DNA of 64,000 bases from a virus. The notes under the pieces are model-generated. The model worked only from the letters and a program-made list of their open reading frames with translations. It did no database searches and was not told where the DNA came from. Position 1 is the stretch's first letter. Each line of letters starts with the position of its first letter. The position numbers were made by a program, and so were the translations under genes. The DNA is taken from the IMG/VR virus record IMGVR_UViG_3300023184_000029, positions 64,001 through 128,000 of that record; one strand, written 5' to 3'. Of this stretch, positions 17,229 through 25,452 are shown in pieces.

Positions 17229-17465
17229 TTAGTCGTTACCTAGCGTCCATCCACCCATCTTTGCGATTACGTTCAGTTTCAAAACTTCCGTTTGCTTATC
17301 AGCAGTTAGATAGTCTCTAAAACCACGCTCATCAATATAGAAGTATTCATCTAATGTATCAAACTTATTACTCTCAAACAAACTTGTAACCGCCGCTTCA
17401 ACAGAACTTTTATCTGTAGAGTAAATTAGTTCCAGAGTACCACACTTGATATAATATTTAGACAT
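17229..17465 (-). CDS. Hypothetical protein
   Basis: 78 aa; YFYIDERGFR. Confidence 0.65.
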   Translation of the reverse strand: MSKYYIKCGTLELIYSTDKSSVEAAVTSLFESNKFDTLDEYFYIDERGFRDYLTADKQTEVLKLNVIAKMGGWTLGND

Positions 17466-17476
17466 TTTTCAATTCC

Positions 17477-18001
17477 TTAGTAGGCATATTCATTTTTATG
17501 TTCAAACTGTCCATAAATATCTTTATCCCAACCACCAAAACTCTCAACCCCAACATCTATCACCACAGGAACCCATGCTCCGTTTCTTCTAACATATCCA
17601 AAGTTTCCTCTATGATGATCGGAGTAGTCCAGCCCACATAGGTGTAGTTCCCAAACTATTTCCCCAATGATAGTACAGTTACTGCAACCACTCTCAAAAC
17701 AGTCTCCGTCACAATACTCGTAACTACACTGTGACATCAATCTAGCAATTTCTGTCAAATAACCATACTCTGTCAATCCTTGATTACTATTTCGGCGAAT
17801 TCTGCCAACTTGACCGTACACACGCGGAGCCAAGTCTTGCTCTGCCAGAATACTTTGAACTTTATGAGCAAAATCTGCTTCCTCTTTAGATTTAAACTCT
17901 TTGAAACCCACACGTTTACGATCTATCTTTCTGTCTTTGATAATATAGAAAGCATTTTTACTTCCCTCATCATCATACAAACCCAAATATATATTAGTCA
18001 T
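17477..18001 (-). CDS. Protein kinase-like (PKL) fold protein
   Basis: GSKNAFY, VGFKEF, APRVYG, DHHRGNFG (catalytic loop) and VIDVG (DFG-like). Confidence 0.7.
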   Translation of the reverse strand: MTNIYLGLYDDEGSKNAFYIIKDRKIDRKRVGFKEFKSKEEADFAHKVQSILAEQDLAPRVYGQVGRIRRNSNQGLTEYGYLTEIARLMSQCSYEYCDGDCFESGCSNCTIIGEIVWELHLCGLDYSDHHRGNFGYVRRNGAWVPVVIDVGVESFGGWDKDIYGQFEHKNEYAY

Positions 18002-18170
18002 TATTTATTTCCGTTCTAATATATTCCATATCTTGATCCGGACAATAGATACACATAGGTGTACCATTTTCACTATACCACCAAGGCTCTACATAAACGT
18101 GTTTATCACACTCGGGACACTCCCATCTACTTCTAACTTTTTTATCGTCAATAGTTTGCCAGTTTTCCAT
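17994..18170 (-). CDS. Small Zn-finger protein (58 aa, not in the ORF track)
   Basis: Own translation: MENWQ...WECPECD...PMCIYCPD; GGA RBS. Confidence 0.6.
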   Translation of the reverse strand: MENWQTIDDKKVRSRWECPECDKHVYVEPWWYSENGTPMCIYCPDQDMEYIRTEINND

Positions 18171-18178
18171 AGTAATCC

Positions 18179-18892
18179 TTAGTGAGCAGGAAACAATACA
18201 TTAGCCAAACCACGAACACACAAGTCACAGTGTACGCTATTTTTGGTTTTTGTGCAAGTGACAACTCCACGACCACGACGAATTTCCGGGCAAGTGATAA
18301 ACTTTTCACCTTCCAGCACAACCAGTTTCGGTAGTGCTGATCGCCATGCTGCAACCTTATTCTTGCCACGCGGACGCTTAGGGGCAATTTTAGTATCACT
18401 ATCACACCATGCGAACAGTTTGAAACCAGCAGCCTTAGCCTGTTTCATATCTTCACCATCATGGATACTAGCATACATATTGATATACTTGCCAAGTTCC
18501 ATAGACAATCTGGTATCATAAATATGGGTATAAGCCCACATGGTCGGCAGACTACCACCACTAGCAAGAATATTCTCACAAGCCCACAATACATTATCAA
18601 CATATTCATTGTCAAGTTCACCATACTTGAAAAAGTCGCCACGCTCATGCCAGCGAACATCTTTATTTTTCTTGACGGCATCCACCAGCATGGAGCGAAT
18701 ACGATTCTTTTCTGTAACAAGATTTTGCATACCGGCAGGACGAACACCGGGATAGATATTTTCCAAATCTTCTGCATAGCATCCGTTACCGAGAAAATCA
18801 CAATCGGACGGACAACTATCACCAACCGGACGCGAAACCACAATACAATTTTCCTTACCCAACTTATCATTACCATTTGCAGTTTTCATCAT
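18179..18892 (-). CDS. Gp88-like protein (radical-SAM-related phage family)
   Basis: GNDKLG, CPSDC...CYA, RWHERGDF, WAYT and C-terminal CP...C..C. Confidence 0.75.
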   Translation of the reverse strand: MMKTANGNDKLGKENCIVVSRPVGDSCPSDCDFLGNGCYAEDLENIYPGVRPAGMQNLVTEKNRIRSMLVDAVKKNKDVRWHERGDFFKYGELDNEYVDNVLWACENILASGGSLPTMWAYTHIYDTRLSMELGKYINMYASIHDGEDMKQAKAAGFKLFAWCDSDTKIAPKRPRGKNKVAAWRSALPKLVVLEGEKFITCPEIRRGRGVVTCTKTKNSVHCDLCVRGLANVLFPAH

Positions 18893-18968
18893 TATTCTCC
18901 CTTGTCTACCGATTCTACACTATATTATCGGCTAGTCAAGACCAATTCTTGAAGAAATTATTTTTTGA

Positions 18969-19050
18969 TGCAAAGGCTTGTGGCATAAGGACTTACGTCA
19001 AACGGGGCCGCCCGGATTTATCCTAAGTGCTTACTGGCGAAGGGTTTAGA
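18969..19050. repeat. Repeat family A, copy 5
   Basis: Half-sites at 18971 and 19024. Confidence 0.85.
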
Positions 19051-19106
19051 ATCGAATCTGTTTTGGTGTATATAGAAGTAGTTAAACTTTCTATTAGGAG
19101 ATTAAT

Positions 19107-19592
19107 ATGGTCAATTGTAGACATTGCGGTAAAGAAACAAATAATCCTAATTTTTGCTCTAGATCTTGTGCAGCTAAAACAACTAATAAAATACCTAAAC
19201 GCAAGAAAAAGATTAATCATTGCTCATTGTGTGGCAAAGAGACAGGTTTTTTTAGAAGGAAATTCTGTATAGATTGTAATCCTATGAATAAAGATTGGAA
19301 TTCTATAACTTATGGAGATGCTATCCAAACTCGTAAATATCAAAAGAATTCTAGGATCAGGAATCTATCCAGAAAAATCTATAAATCATCTGGTAAACCA
19401 GAATGTTGCATGATTTGTAAATACGATAAACATTTTGAAGTATGTCATATTAAAGCTATTTCCTCCTTCCCTAAGACTGCAACAGTTGGAGAAATAAATC
19501 ATATAAATAATCTTATAGCTCTTTGTCCCAACCATCATTGGGAATTAGATCATGGAGACTTAATACTGCCGGAAGGATTTGCACCCTCGTAA
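19107..19592 (+). CDS. HNH homing endonuclease (antisense; ends inside tRNA-Arg)
   Basis: CRHC...FCSRSC; EVCHIK...NNLIALCPNHH; GGAG RBS. Confidence 0.88.
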   Translation: MVNCRHCGKETNNPNFCSRSCAAKTTNKIPKRKKKINHCSLCGKETGFFRRKFCIDCNPMNKDWNSITYGDAIQTRKYQKNSRIRNLSRKIYKSSGKPECCMICKYDKHFEVCHIKAISSFPKTATVGEINHINNLIALCPNHHWELDHGDLILPEGFAPS

Positions 19593-19636
19593 ATCAACTT
19601 AGAAGGTTGACGCCTAATCTACTCGGCCACGGCAGC
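19564..19636 (-). tRNA. tRNA-Arg(TCT)
   Basis: TCAAC-CTTCTAA-GTTGA; acceptor GCTGCCG/CGGCAGT. Confidence 0.88.
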
Positions 19637-19665
19637 GTATATGTATTATATCATATCCACTCAAC

Positions 19666-19850
19666 GCCGCAAGCCCACATGGCGTCCCATGTAGGCTATA
19701 CGGTTTGATGGTGGGATCACTTTACCATCGTAATATTACTAGTAGCAGACCCCTTCCCGGCAACCACGCCGGTTATTAGTTGGTTAGACTCTACTAGGTG
19801 GGTCTGAGCCCACTCCATTACGCGGGACGAATCCCGCCGCACTATGCCTA
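19666..19850 (-). ncRNA. Candidate structured ncRNA (~185 nt)
   Basis: Hairpins GCGGGA-TTCG-TCCCGC, CCGGC/GCCGG, GATGGT/ACCATC and AGCCTACATGG/CCATGTGGGCT; crossing helices CAGACCC/GGGTCTG and CTAGTAG/CTACTAG; no ORF. Confidence 0.65.
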
Positions 19851-19887
19851 AAATCTATTTATACTGACATAGTCCAGTTTATCAAGA

Positions 19888-20139
19888 TCAAGCCTCGACG
19901 GTTTCCTTCTCAACCTTACCAGAGTGGGCATCACCGGCCTGCTCCGCAGTCACGCCCGTGACCCTAGCCCGCCAGACCTTATAACCCTGCTCTGAAAAAG
20001 CCTTGACCTCGCCAGCCTTGACATTCGCATGAACATCGCCAGGGAGGCTATCGCTCAGGCAAGAACGAATCGAATCAACCACACCGTCACGATCAAGCTC
20101 ATCCGCAACCACATCAACCACAAAGCTAAACTTCTTCAT
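19888..20139 (-). CDS. Hypothetical protein
   Basis: MKKFSFVVDVVADE..., 83 aa; promoter at 20183-20210. Confidence 0.75.
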   Translation of the reverse strand: MKKFSFVVDVVADELDRDGVVDSIRSCLSDSLPGDVHANVKAGEVKAFSEQGYKVWRARVTGVTAEQAGDAHSGKVEKETVEA

Positions 20140-20338
20140 TGTAAAAAACCTTTCCAAAAGTGTTATCGAACCAAGTAAAGTAATTATACACACCAAACAT
20201 CACTTGTCAAGGGCTAAGTCGAACTTTGTAGTTTGCGATCAACCAGCGTCTTGTCGTGTGATGCTATCATTCTACCATATAGTATCGTCATCGTCAAGGT
20301 GTTTGCATGAATGATTTTTTGGTATTCTCATGATTTGT

Positions 20339-20420
20339 TCTAAGTTGTTGAAGTATAAGGAGTTACGTCAAATTTGGCCGGCCCGCCTCGCCGTAAGTGT
20401 TTTACGGACAAGGCTTTAGG
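20339..20420. repeat. Repeat family A, copy 6
   Basis: TAAGT at 20341 and 20394. Confidence 0.85.
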
Positions 20421-20792
20421 TCAAGAGAGAAAGCCCTCACAACCCAAAGTGGTCAGTTCACGCAGCAACTTCTCAGCCGCTTCGGGCGTCTTGAAAGTAA
20501 TGCTCTGCCTAACGTTCGGTTGAGCAGGAACGAACCTATCATACTTCCAGCCACCCACCATACCATCGGTCCACTCCTTACTTTCCTTCAAACCCCAGCC
20601 AGTAGCAATCCGAATCGCCTTGATGCAAGGGATGCGGTTGTCCAGAGTCATGCCGCCAGTGATCGTCACCTGTCGCCTCTGGTTCACGCCCAGAGCAATC
20701 TCAATAGCGTTGACGATACGATCATGCAAATCATTGCTAGCCGTATTAGCAATAGCAACAGCCTCGGCCACAGTCACCTGAATACTAATCAT
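20421..20792 (-). CDS. Ribosomal protein bL12 (L7/L12) C-terminal-domain-like protein
   Basis: NRIPCIKAIRIATGWGLKESKEWTD...TPEAAEKLLRELTTLGC, compared with bL12 KI.VIK.VR..TGLGLKEAK. Confidence 0.75.
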   Translation of the reverse strand: MISIQVTVAEAVAIANTASNDLHDRIVNAIEIALGVNQRRQVTITGGMTLDNRIPCIKAIRIATGWGLKESKEWTDGMVGGWKYDRFVPAQPNVRQSITFKTPEAAEKLLRELTTLGCEGFLS

Positions 20793-20794
20793 CT

Positions 20795-21220
20795 TTAAAC
20801 CCTTTCTTCCAAAATATAAACTTGTTTACCGTTAGTCAAGAGAGTAGCATACTCGCTACCATCCCAAATGAATTCGTTACTATCGCTTTCTCGTCGCCAG
20901 TGCGGATCTCTTAGTGGGTTATAGTACAATTTTTCAAGATTGTCAATAGGTAATGAAGGATAAAAATCTTTCCTTAACATTACCTCCTCACACCGAACCC
21001 ACCCACTAACATCATGCACTCCAGCCTCAAATACCTGTTTAGCCTTATTCGGCCTATTCCACAACTTACAACCCCGCATCTCTAACTGATATTTTTTGGG
21101 GTCAACGTAGTATACATCAACTGTTTCCCCACCCTGTTTAACTTTCACTTGCCAGAACATATAATGGGGTCCGTTGCTCAAATGGAAACGAACTTCGCCA
21201 TGCAGTGGTTTCTGTTTCAT
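20795..21220 (-). CDS. Conserved hypothetical phage protein
   Basis: 141 aa; own promoter. Confidence 0.75.
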   Translation of the reverse strand: MKQKPLHGEVRFHLSNGPHYMFWQVKVKQGGETVDVYYVDPKKYQLEMRGCKLWNRPNKAKQVFEAGVHDVSGWVRCEEVMLRKDFYPSLPIDNLEKLYYNPLRDPHWRRESDSNEFIWDGSEYATLLTNGKQVYILEERV

Positions 21221-21270
21221 GCTTATACTATACCTTATAGAAACGATCTTGTCAAGACCCCGTATTCTCG

Positions 21271-21316
21271 CTGACTATCGCCAAGACCACCAAATCCGTA
21301 GGATTAGGAAAGACAA
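21271..21316. repeat. Dispersed repeat family B, copy 5
   Basis: CTGACTA-N13-CAAATC-CGTAG-GATTAG-N4-GAC. Confidence 0.75.
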
Positions 21317-21457
21317 GCAGGCTTCCGCCATACTCGACCAACATTTCAGACAACCTCTTTTGATATCATTGTGGTTGTCCCCACACTTGCTTTCCCGTTT
21401 AAGTATACCTCTATTATCGGCAAATGTCAAGAGAAGTCTTTAAAAAATATTTTTGAA

Positions 21458-21539
21458 CGTAAGTCTTTTGCGGTCAAGTACTTACAACAAATTTCGCCCG
21501 CCGGATTTCTCCTAAGTCCTTATGCTGTAAGAAGTTACA
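21458..21539. repeat. Repeat family A, copy 7
   Basis: TAAGT at 21460 and 21513. Confidence 0.85.
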
Positions 21540-21540
21540 T

Positions 21541-21714
21541 CTAAGAGTTTTCAAAAACTAACTCCACATATTTATTAACAAGTTCAGGTAGTGAAATCTC
21601 ATGAGTACCGATTAGTTCTTTAGTCTTATCTACATTGTGCTTATTTACAGCGGCCATTCTATTTTTGAAAAAACTCAGAATATAGATCATGGCCTTTTCT
21701 CTATCGTTAGTCAT
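21541..21714 (-). CDS. Hypothetical protein
   Basis: MTNDREKAMIY..., 57 aa. Confidence 0.55.
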   Translation of the reverse strand: MTNDREKAMIYILSFFKNRMAAVNKHNVDKTKELIGTHEISLPELVNKYVELVFENS

Positions 21715-22024
21715 ACAACCCCTTAGTATATTCTTCTGGGATAATGGGACACCAACTCTTTGCTCGTTCCTCATCATATGGAAGCCAGAACGGAGCATCA
21801 CAAGCGTCACAAGTCCACGGTTTGGCTTGGTTGGTAAAAACGTGCTGGCAAATCTCTATCTCTTTATCTACAACCTTTTCATTATTTTCATTGTAATAGT
21901 ATGTTTCCATCTTTCGGTCTGGATGGTAAGAATAGTACCCAATTCCTATACCAATATTGGGGCCAAAGTAATAAACCTTCTGCCCAACCTTTGGCGGATT
22001 CTTATGAGAGTTATTCCATTCCAT
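21707..22024 (-). CDS. Hypothetical protein
   Basis: 105 aa; PPKVGQKVYYFG. Confidence 0.65.
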   Translation of the reverse strand: MEWNNSHKNPPKVGQKVYYFGPNIGIGIGYYSYHPDRKMETYYYNENNEKVVDKEIEICQHVFTNQAKPWTCDACDAPFWLPYDEERAKSWCPIIPEEYTKGLYD

Positions 22025-22145
22025 TACTTAGTTACCTCAATACTCCACTTAGTACCCTTCAACTCAGCAATCACAGTCATATCCAACTTAACCAGTTCGG
22101 CCACAATTTCGGCCAACCTCTCAATATCATTAAGATTAAGATAGA

Positions 22146-22373
22146 TCATTTTCCCCTCACAATAATTACACACTCAACATCATTATTGCTATCCGTCATA
22201 TTAACATACTCATGACGACCAATATACCAAGTGTCCTTGTCATTAGCATCAAGTACCACACTATCCGACTTCACACTGATATCATCAAGGCCACCCTCAT
22301 AACCAAGAGTAAGAACCCTCATATCGGACGGATAATTCTTCAACTGCTCAATAAGTTCGTTAACGGTCATCAT
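22146..22373 (-). CDS. Conserved hypothetical phage protein
   Basis: MTVNELIEQLKNYPSDMRV..GYEGG pattern. Confidence 0.75.
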   Translation of the reverse strand: MMTVNELIEQLKNYPSDMRVLTLGYEGGLDDISVKSDSVVLDANDKDTWYIGRHEYVNMTDSNNDVECVIIVRGK

Positions 22374-22624
22374 TCACCCTCCCCAAACATACTTGCCCAA
22401 GCCTCATTATCATTACCCGTCATCAGAATCTCACGCTGTTCAGAATCCAGATACGGAAAGCAACTCTGAATCAGTCCACCATTCAGCCATTCATTAGCAT
22501 CACTCAACTTTACCGTAATAATAAACTGCCTATCACTAGACGTATATCCAGAAAATACAAGATTATCACCTTCCACAACCCTACGCACATTATCAGTCAA
22601 ACAATATCTAGTAAAACCAATCAT
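22370..22624 (-). CDS. Conserved hypothetical phage protein
   Basis: LIQSCFPYLDSEQREILMTG pattern. Confidence 0.75.
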   Translation of the reverse strand: MIGFTRYCLTDNVRRVVEGDNLVFSGYTSSDRQFIITVKLSDANEWLNGGLIQSCFPYLDSEQREILMTGNDNEAWASMFGEGE

Positions 22625-22702
22625 ATTTTTTCTCCTGTGCTACCATTCTACTATCTATTATCGACACTGTCAAGAGGGTTTCTTGAAGAAAAATTTTTAA
22701 GA

Positions 22703-22784
22703 TGTAAAGTGTTGTAGCACAAGCAGTTACGACGAGCCGGGCCGCCCCCGTTTGCTCTAAGTCTTTTAGCAGCAAGACTTTATA
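22703..22784. repeat. Repeat family A, copy 8
   Basis: Half-sites at 22705 and 22758. Confidence 0.85.
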
Positions 22785-22785
22785 T

Positions 22786-23043
22786 CTACTTTAGCAGATA
22801 GGTTATTTTCTGTCCATTTTCAATCATAGCCGTATAGGCCGCAATTCGCCTATCCTTTTCACGCTTCTCAATTTGGTGGTCTGTCTCACCGATCTCTAGC
22901 GAGTCGCACTTACGCTCCAGATCAGTTAAAGAAACGCTATCAGTACGATTGTCTCTAAATTCTTCTGGCAGCCAGCTATTTGGAACCAGAATCAGATCAT
23001 TGATAAGTTTCTCAAATTCTGCCAGCAACTCATAACCATTCAT
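22786..23043 (-). CDS. Hypothetical protein downstream of the large structured RNA
   Basis: ATG 23043 with AAAGGAG RBS; 85 aa. Confidence 0.75.
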   Translation of the reverse strand: MNGYELLAEFEKLINDLILVPNSWLPEEFRDNRTDSVSLTDLERKCDSLEIGETDHQIEKREKDRRIAAYTAMIENGQKITYLLK

Positions 23044-23069
23044 ATCTTTCTCCTTTGTATTAAAACCAG

Positions 23070-23560
23070 CGGAACCATTTACGATCCGGTTCCTATAGCC
23101 CACACCTATAACTTTCAAGGTTTGGAAACCGCCCACGCTGCTTCACTGCTTTCGGGCACCTAATATCAGGCAGTTTATCAGAGGCAACGGTTACTGGTTG
23201 TTCGGTATCCGGCTGTTATTTCAGTGATTCTATCCGATGAAAGATAGAACGCAAGCGTAATGTTGCGGTGTTAATTCACTCTATTACCCGATGAAGGATA
23301 ATACCGGATTGTATTGGCCGTGGTGAGGATGCAATCCCCCATAGATTGGTATTCTAGCCTAACGTATAACCCCGTCAAGCAGCCTTCGGGTACGAAATCC
23401 CGGAACGCTTAGTCGAATAGGTTATCCCAATCTAGTCCAAGGCATGGACCCACGGATGTTTGTATTGTAGGACCGATTGTAGAAGACGTTTCCTAGGACA
23501 TCAACTACCGCTTTTACCGGCTGCTCGGCCCGACACAACCAACAAGTTTTCACTTGTTCT
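23070..23560 (-). ncRNA. Candidate large structured ncRNA or 5' leader (~410 nt core)
   Basis: Own promoter (23567-23594); no ORF; at least 10 nested helices; G.U pairs favour the minus strand. Confidence 0.75.
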
Positions 23561-23622
23561 TCAATCATTCTACCATCTATTATCGGCTTGTCAAGAGAGT
23601 TTCTTGAAAAATTATTTCTAGA

Positions 23623-23704
23623 CGCAAATCGTTTAGAGATAAGGACTTATGTCGAGTTCGGCCGCCCGCCCTATCCCTAAGTTGTTTAAGGATAAGGACT
23701 TACG
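23623..23704. repeat. Repeat family A, copy 9
   Basis: Half-sites at 23625 and 23678. Confidence 0.85.
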
Positions 23705-23705
23705 A

Positions 23706-23909
23706 TTAGTTATTACTAGCCCCAATAGACTCACGAACTCTAACGATACCATCAGTTCTGGCAATCTCAAGAGCCTTACAAAAGAACTCAAAGAAAGTAT
23801 CCATTTCAGTATGTACAGCTTGCTCATCAACAGTGGTAGCATTTATCAGACAAATGGCAAAATTTCTCACACAATCAGAAACAGCATCTCGTTCTTCAGT
23901 TGTCAACAT
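23706..23909 (-). CDS. Hypothetical protein
   Basis: 67 aa; GGGAGAG RBS; promoter at 23930-23958. Confidence 0.7.
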   Translation of the reverse strand: MLTTEERDAVSDCVRNFAICLINATTVDEQAVHTEMDTFFEFFCKALEIARTDGIVRVRESIGASNN

Positions 23910-23972
23910 AATTCTCTCCCTTTCTGCTCAATATACTCTATTAAAAACCTTTTGTCAAGCCCCGACTACTGG

Positions 23973-24017
23973 CTGACTATACCCACTCAACCAACCCGGC
24001 AGGGTTAGGCGGGACAG
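23973..24017. repeat. Dispersed repeat family B, copy 6
   Basis: CTGACTA-N12-CAACCC-GGCAG-GGTTAG (compensatory AACC/GGTT). Confidence 0.7.
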
Positions 24018-24233
24018 TTATGCGTGATTCTTTCCACGATGATATTATCCCCATAGTGCTTTTCCGCTAATCTAATAGCATGATAGGTACTCTGGGCCTC
24101 GACATAACCCAAAAGCTTATATCCTCTCATTACCATATAAGTATCAGTATTCACGCTTCCTCCTCCGATCCTGCGAACATTTCCTCTTTTGATTTCCCAT
24201 ATTCTACACTACTATTATCGGCCTGTCAAGAGC

Positions 24234-24779
24234 CTAAACCTGAGTTTTTCTTTTAAGAAGTTTCCCACACGAACCGTATTTTTCCACAAAACTATCAAAA
24301 TTATCATGATAGTACATATTCATATTATCACAATAACTATCAAAAACGGGAGTATATCCTTCCTTACCCCTTTTAGTATTATTTTCCTCAGCCCACAAAT
24401 CGATCATATTAGAATGGGTCCACTTAATCTTTACGCCCGTCGGAGTCAGGAATATTAAAAAGACCACATCGCACAATTCCGGCTTAATCTTTTGAAAATA
24501 ATAATAAGAACGATTTCCCCTGATCTTAATCGAAGACATTTTAACTTCAACTTTAATCCTATCATCCACAAGAATATCAAAATCACTATTAGAACCATAA
24601 TGCTGCACAATAAACCCACTCATCATAAGTTTTTTAACCAGCATCTTCTCGCCAAACAAACCCCTGTCTGTACTATTTAACAGACTAATGCGATAGGACA
24701 GCTCATCCTTTTCTGTAGAATAAATCTTTTCCTTGACCAATTCAGCCTCGATCTCTTCAAAATCCGCAATAGTGAACAT
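24234..24779 (-). CDS. PD-(D/E)xK nuclease-like protein
   Basis: RGLFGEK...DFDILVDDRIKVEVKMS. Confidence 0.7.
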   Translation of the reverse strand: MFTIADFEEIEAELVKEKIYSTEKDELSYRISLLNSTDRGLFGEKMLVKKLMMSGFIVQHYGSNSDFDILVDDRIKVEVKMSSIKIRGNRSYYYFQKIKPELCDVVFLIFLTPTGVKIKWTHSNMIDLWAEENNTKRGKEGYTPVFDSYCDNMNMYYHDNFDSFVEKYGSCGKLLKRKTQV

Positions 24780-24867
24780 TATTATGTCCTTGTTGGCAGT
24801 TTTCGTTCCTCGATAGTCTTAGGATACCATCACTATCGGCAGTTGTCAATAGATTTCTAAAATTAAT

Positions 24868-24949
24868 CGTAAACCCATATGGCTTAAGGAGTTGCGTCAA
24901 ATTCGGCCCGCCGCCCGCGTCCTAAGTCCTTTGGTGTCAAAGGGTTAGG
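24868..24949. repeat. Repeat family A, copy 10
   Basis: Half-sites at 24870 and 24923. Confidence 0.85.
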
Positions 24950-24979
24950 AGTTGGGCATTCTTTAGGCAGAAACTGCTA

Positions 24980-25384
24980 CTAGAACAGCAGGCTAGCAAC
25001 CTTGCTGGTAAACAGCGTACCAGCCAGCAAAGGCTTGCGACAATTAGTCACACGCTCTGCATAGAAGTTACGCACCTTTCCGTCGAACGTGCGACAAGTT
25101 ACCAGATGGTTCGTGCGAATGAAATTGGGATCATTAGCACGATACCGACTTCTGCTATTCAGCTTGCGAATTTGATCAGCAGTAAGCGTCTGCTTACCGA
25201 TCACCTTAGCAAGGAATCGCTCATGAGTTCCATGCAATGGCTGTTCGTAGGTAAAGTTGAAAACCTGACCCTCAACAGCATTAGCAAGACTAGTTCTAGA
25301 ACCGCCATAGACAGCATAGAACAGAAAACTGGCAACAACAGCAACAGCAGCAAGAAGACCACCAACCACAAACAAATTATCCAT
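24980..25384 (-). CDS. N-terminally membrane-anchored protein with a WYL/SH3-like domain
   Basis: TM segment LFVVGGLLAAVAVVASFLFYAV; VFNFTY...LVTCRTFDGKVRNFYAERV. Confidence 0.6.
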   Translation of the reverse strand: MDNLFVVGGLLAAVAVVASFLFYAVYGGSRTSLANAVEGQVFNFTYEQPLHGTHERFLAKVIGKQTLTADQIRKLNSRSRYRANDPNFIRTNHLVTCRTFDGKVRNFYAERVTNCRKPLLAGTLFTSKVASLLF

Positions 25385-25452
25385 AATCAACCCTTTCGTT
25401 AGGAAAACCAATCGTTCAACTCTCAGCATTCTACAACTATTATCGACATTTG

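Noticed and set aside
22786-23136. Track start at 23136 for the 22786 ORF
   Set aside because: The extension crosses the hairpin-rich RNA 3' region, and a strong RBS precedes ATG 23043.
23228-23303. CCGATGA as a hammerhead core (CUGAUGA)
   Set aside because: It is on the non-favoured strand, has C instead of U, sits in terminal loops, and has no GAAA/stem arrangement.
23070-23560. tmRNA, RNase P RNA or group I/II intron
   Set aside because: No tRNA-like ends, no GAGGAAAGUCC or P4 motifs, no P7 or domain V consensus, and no interrupted gene.
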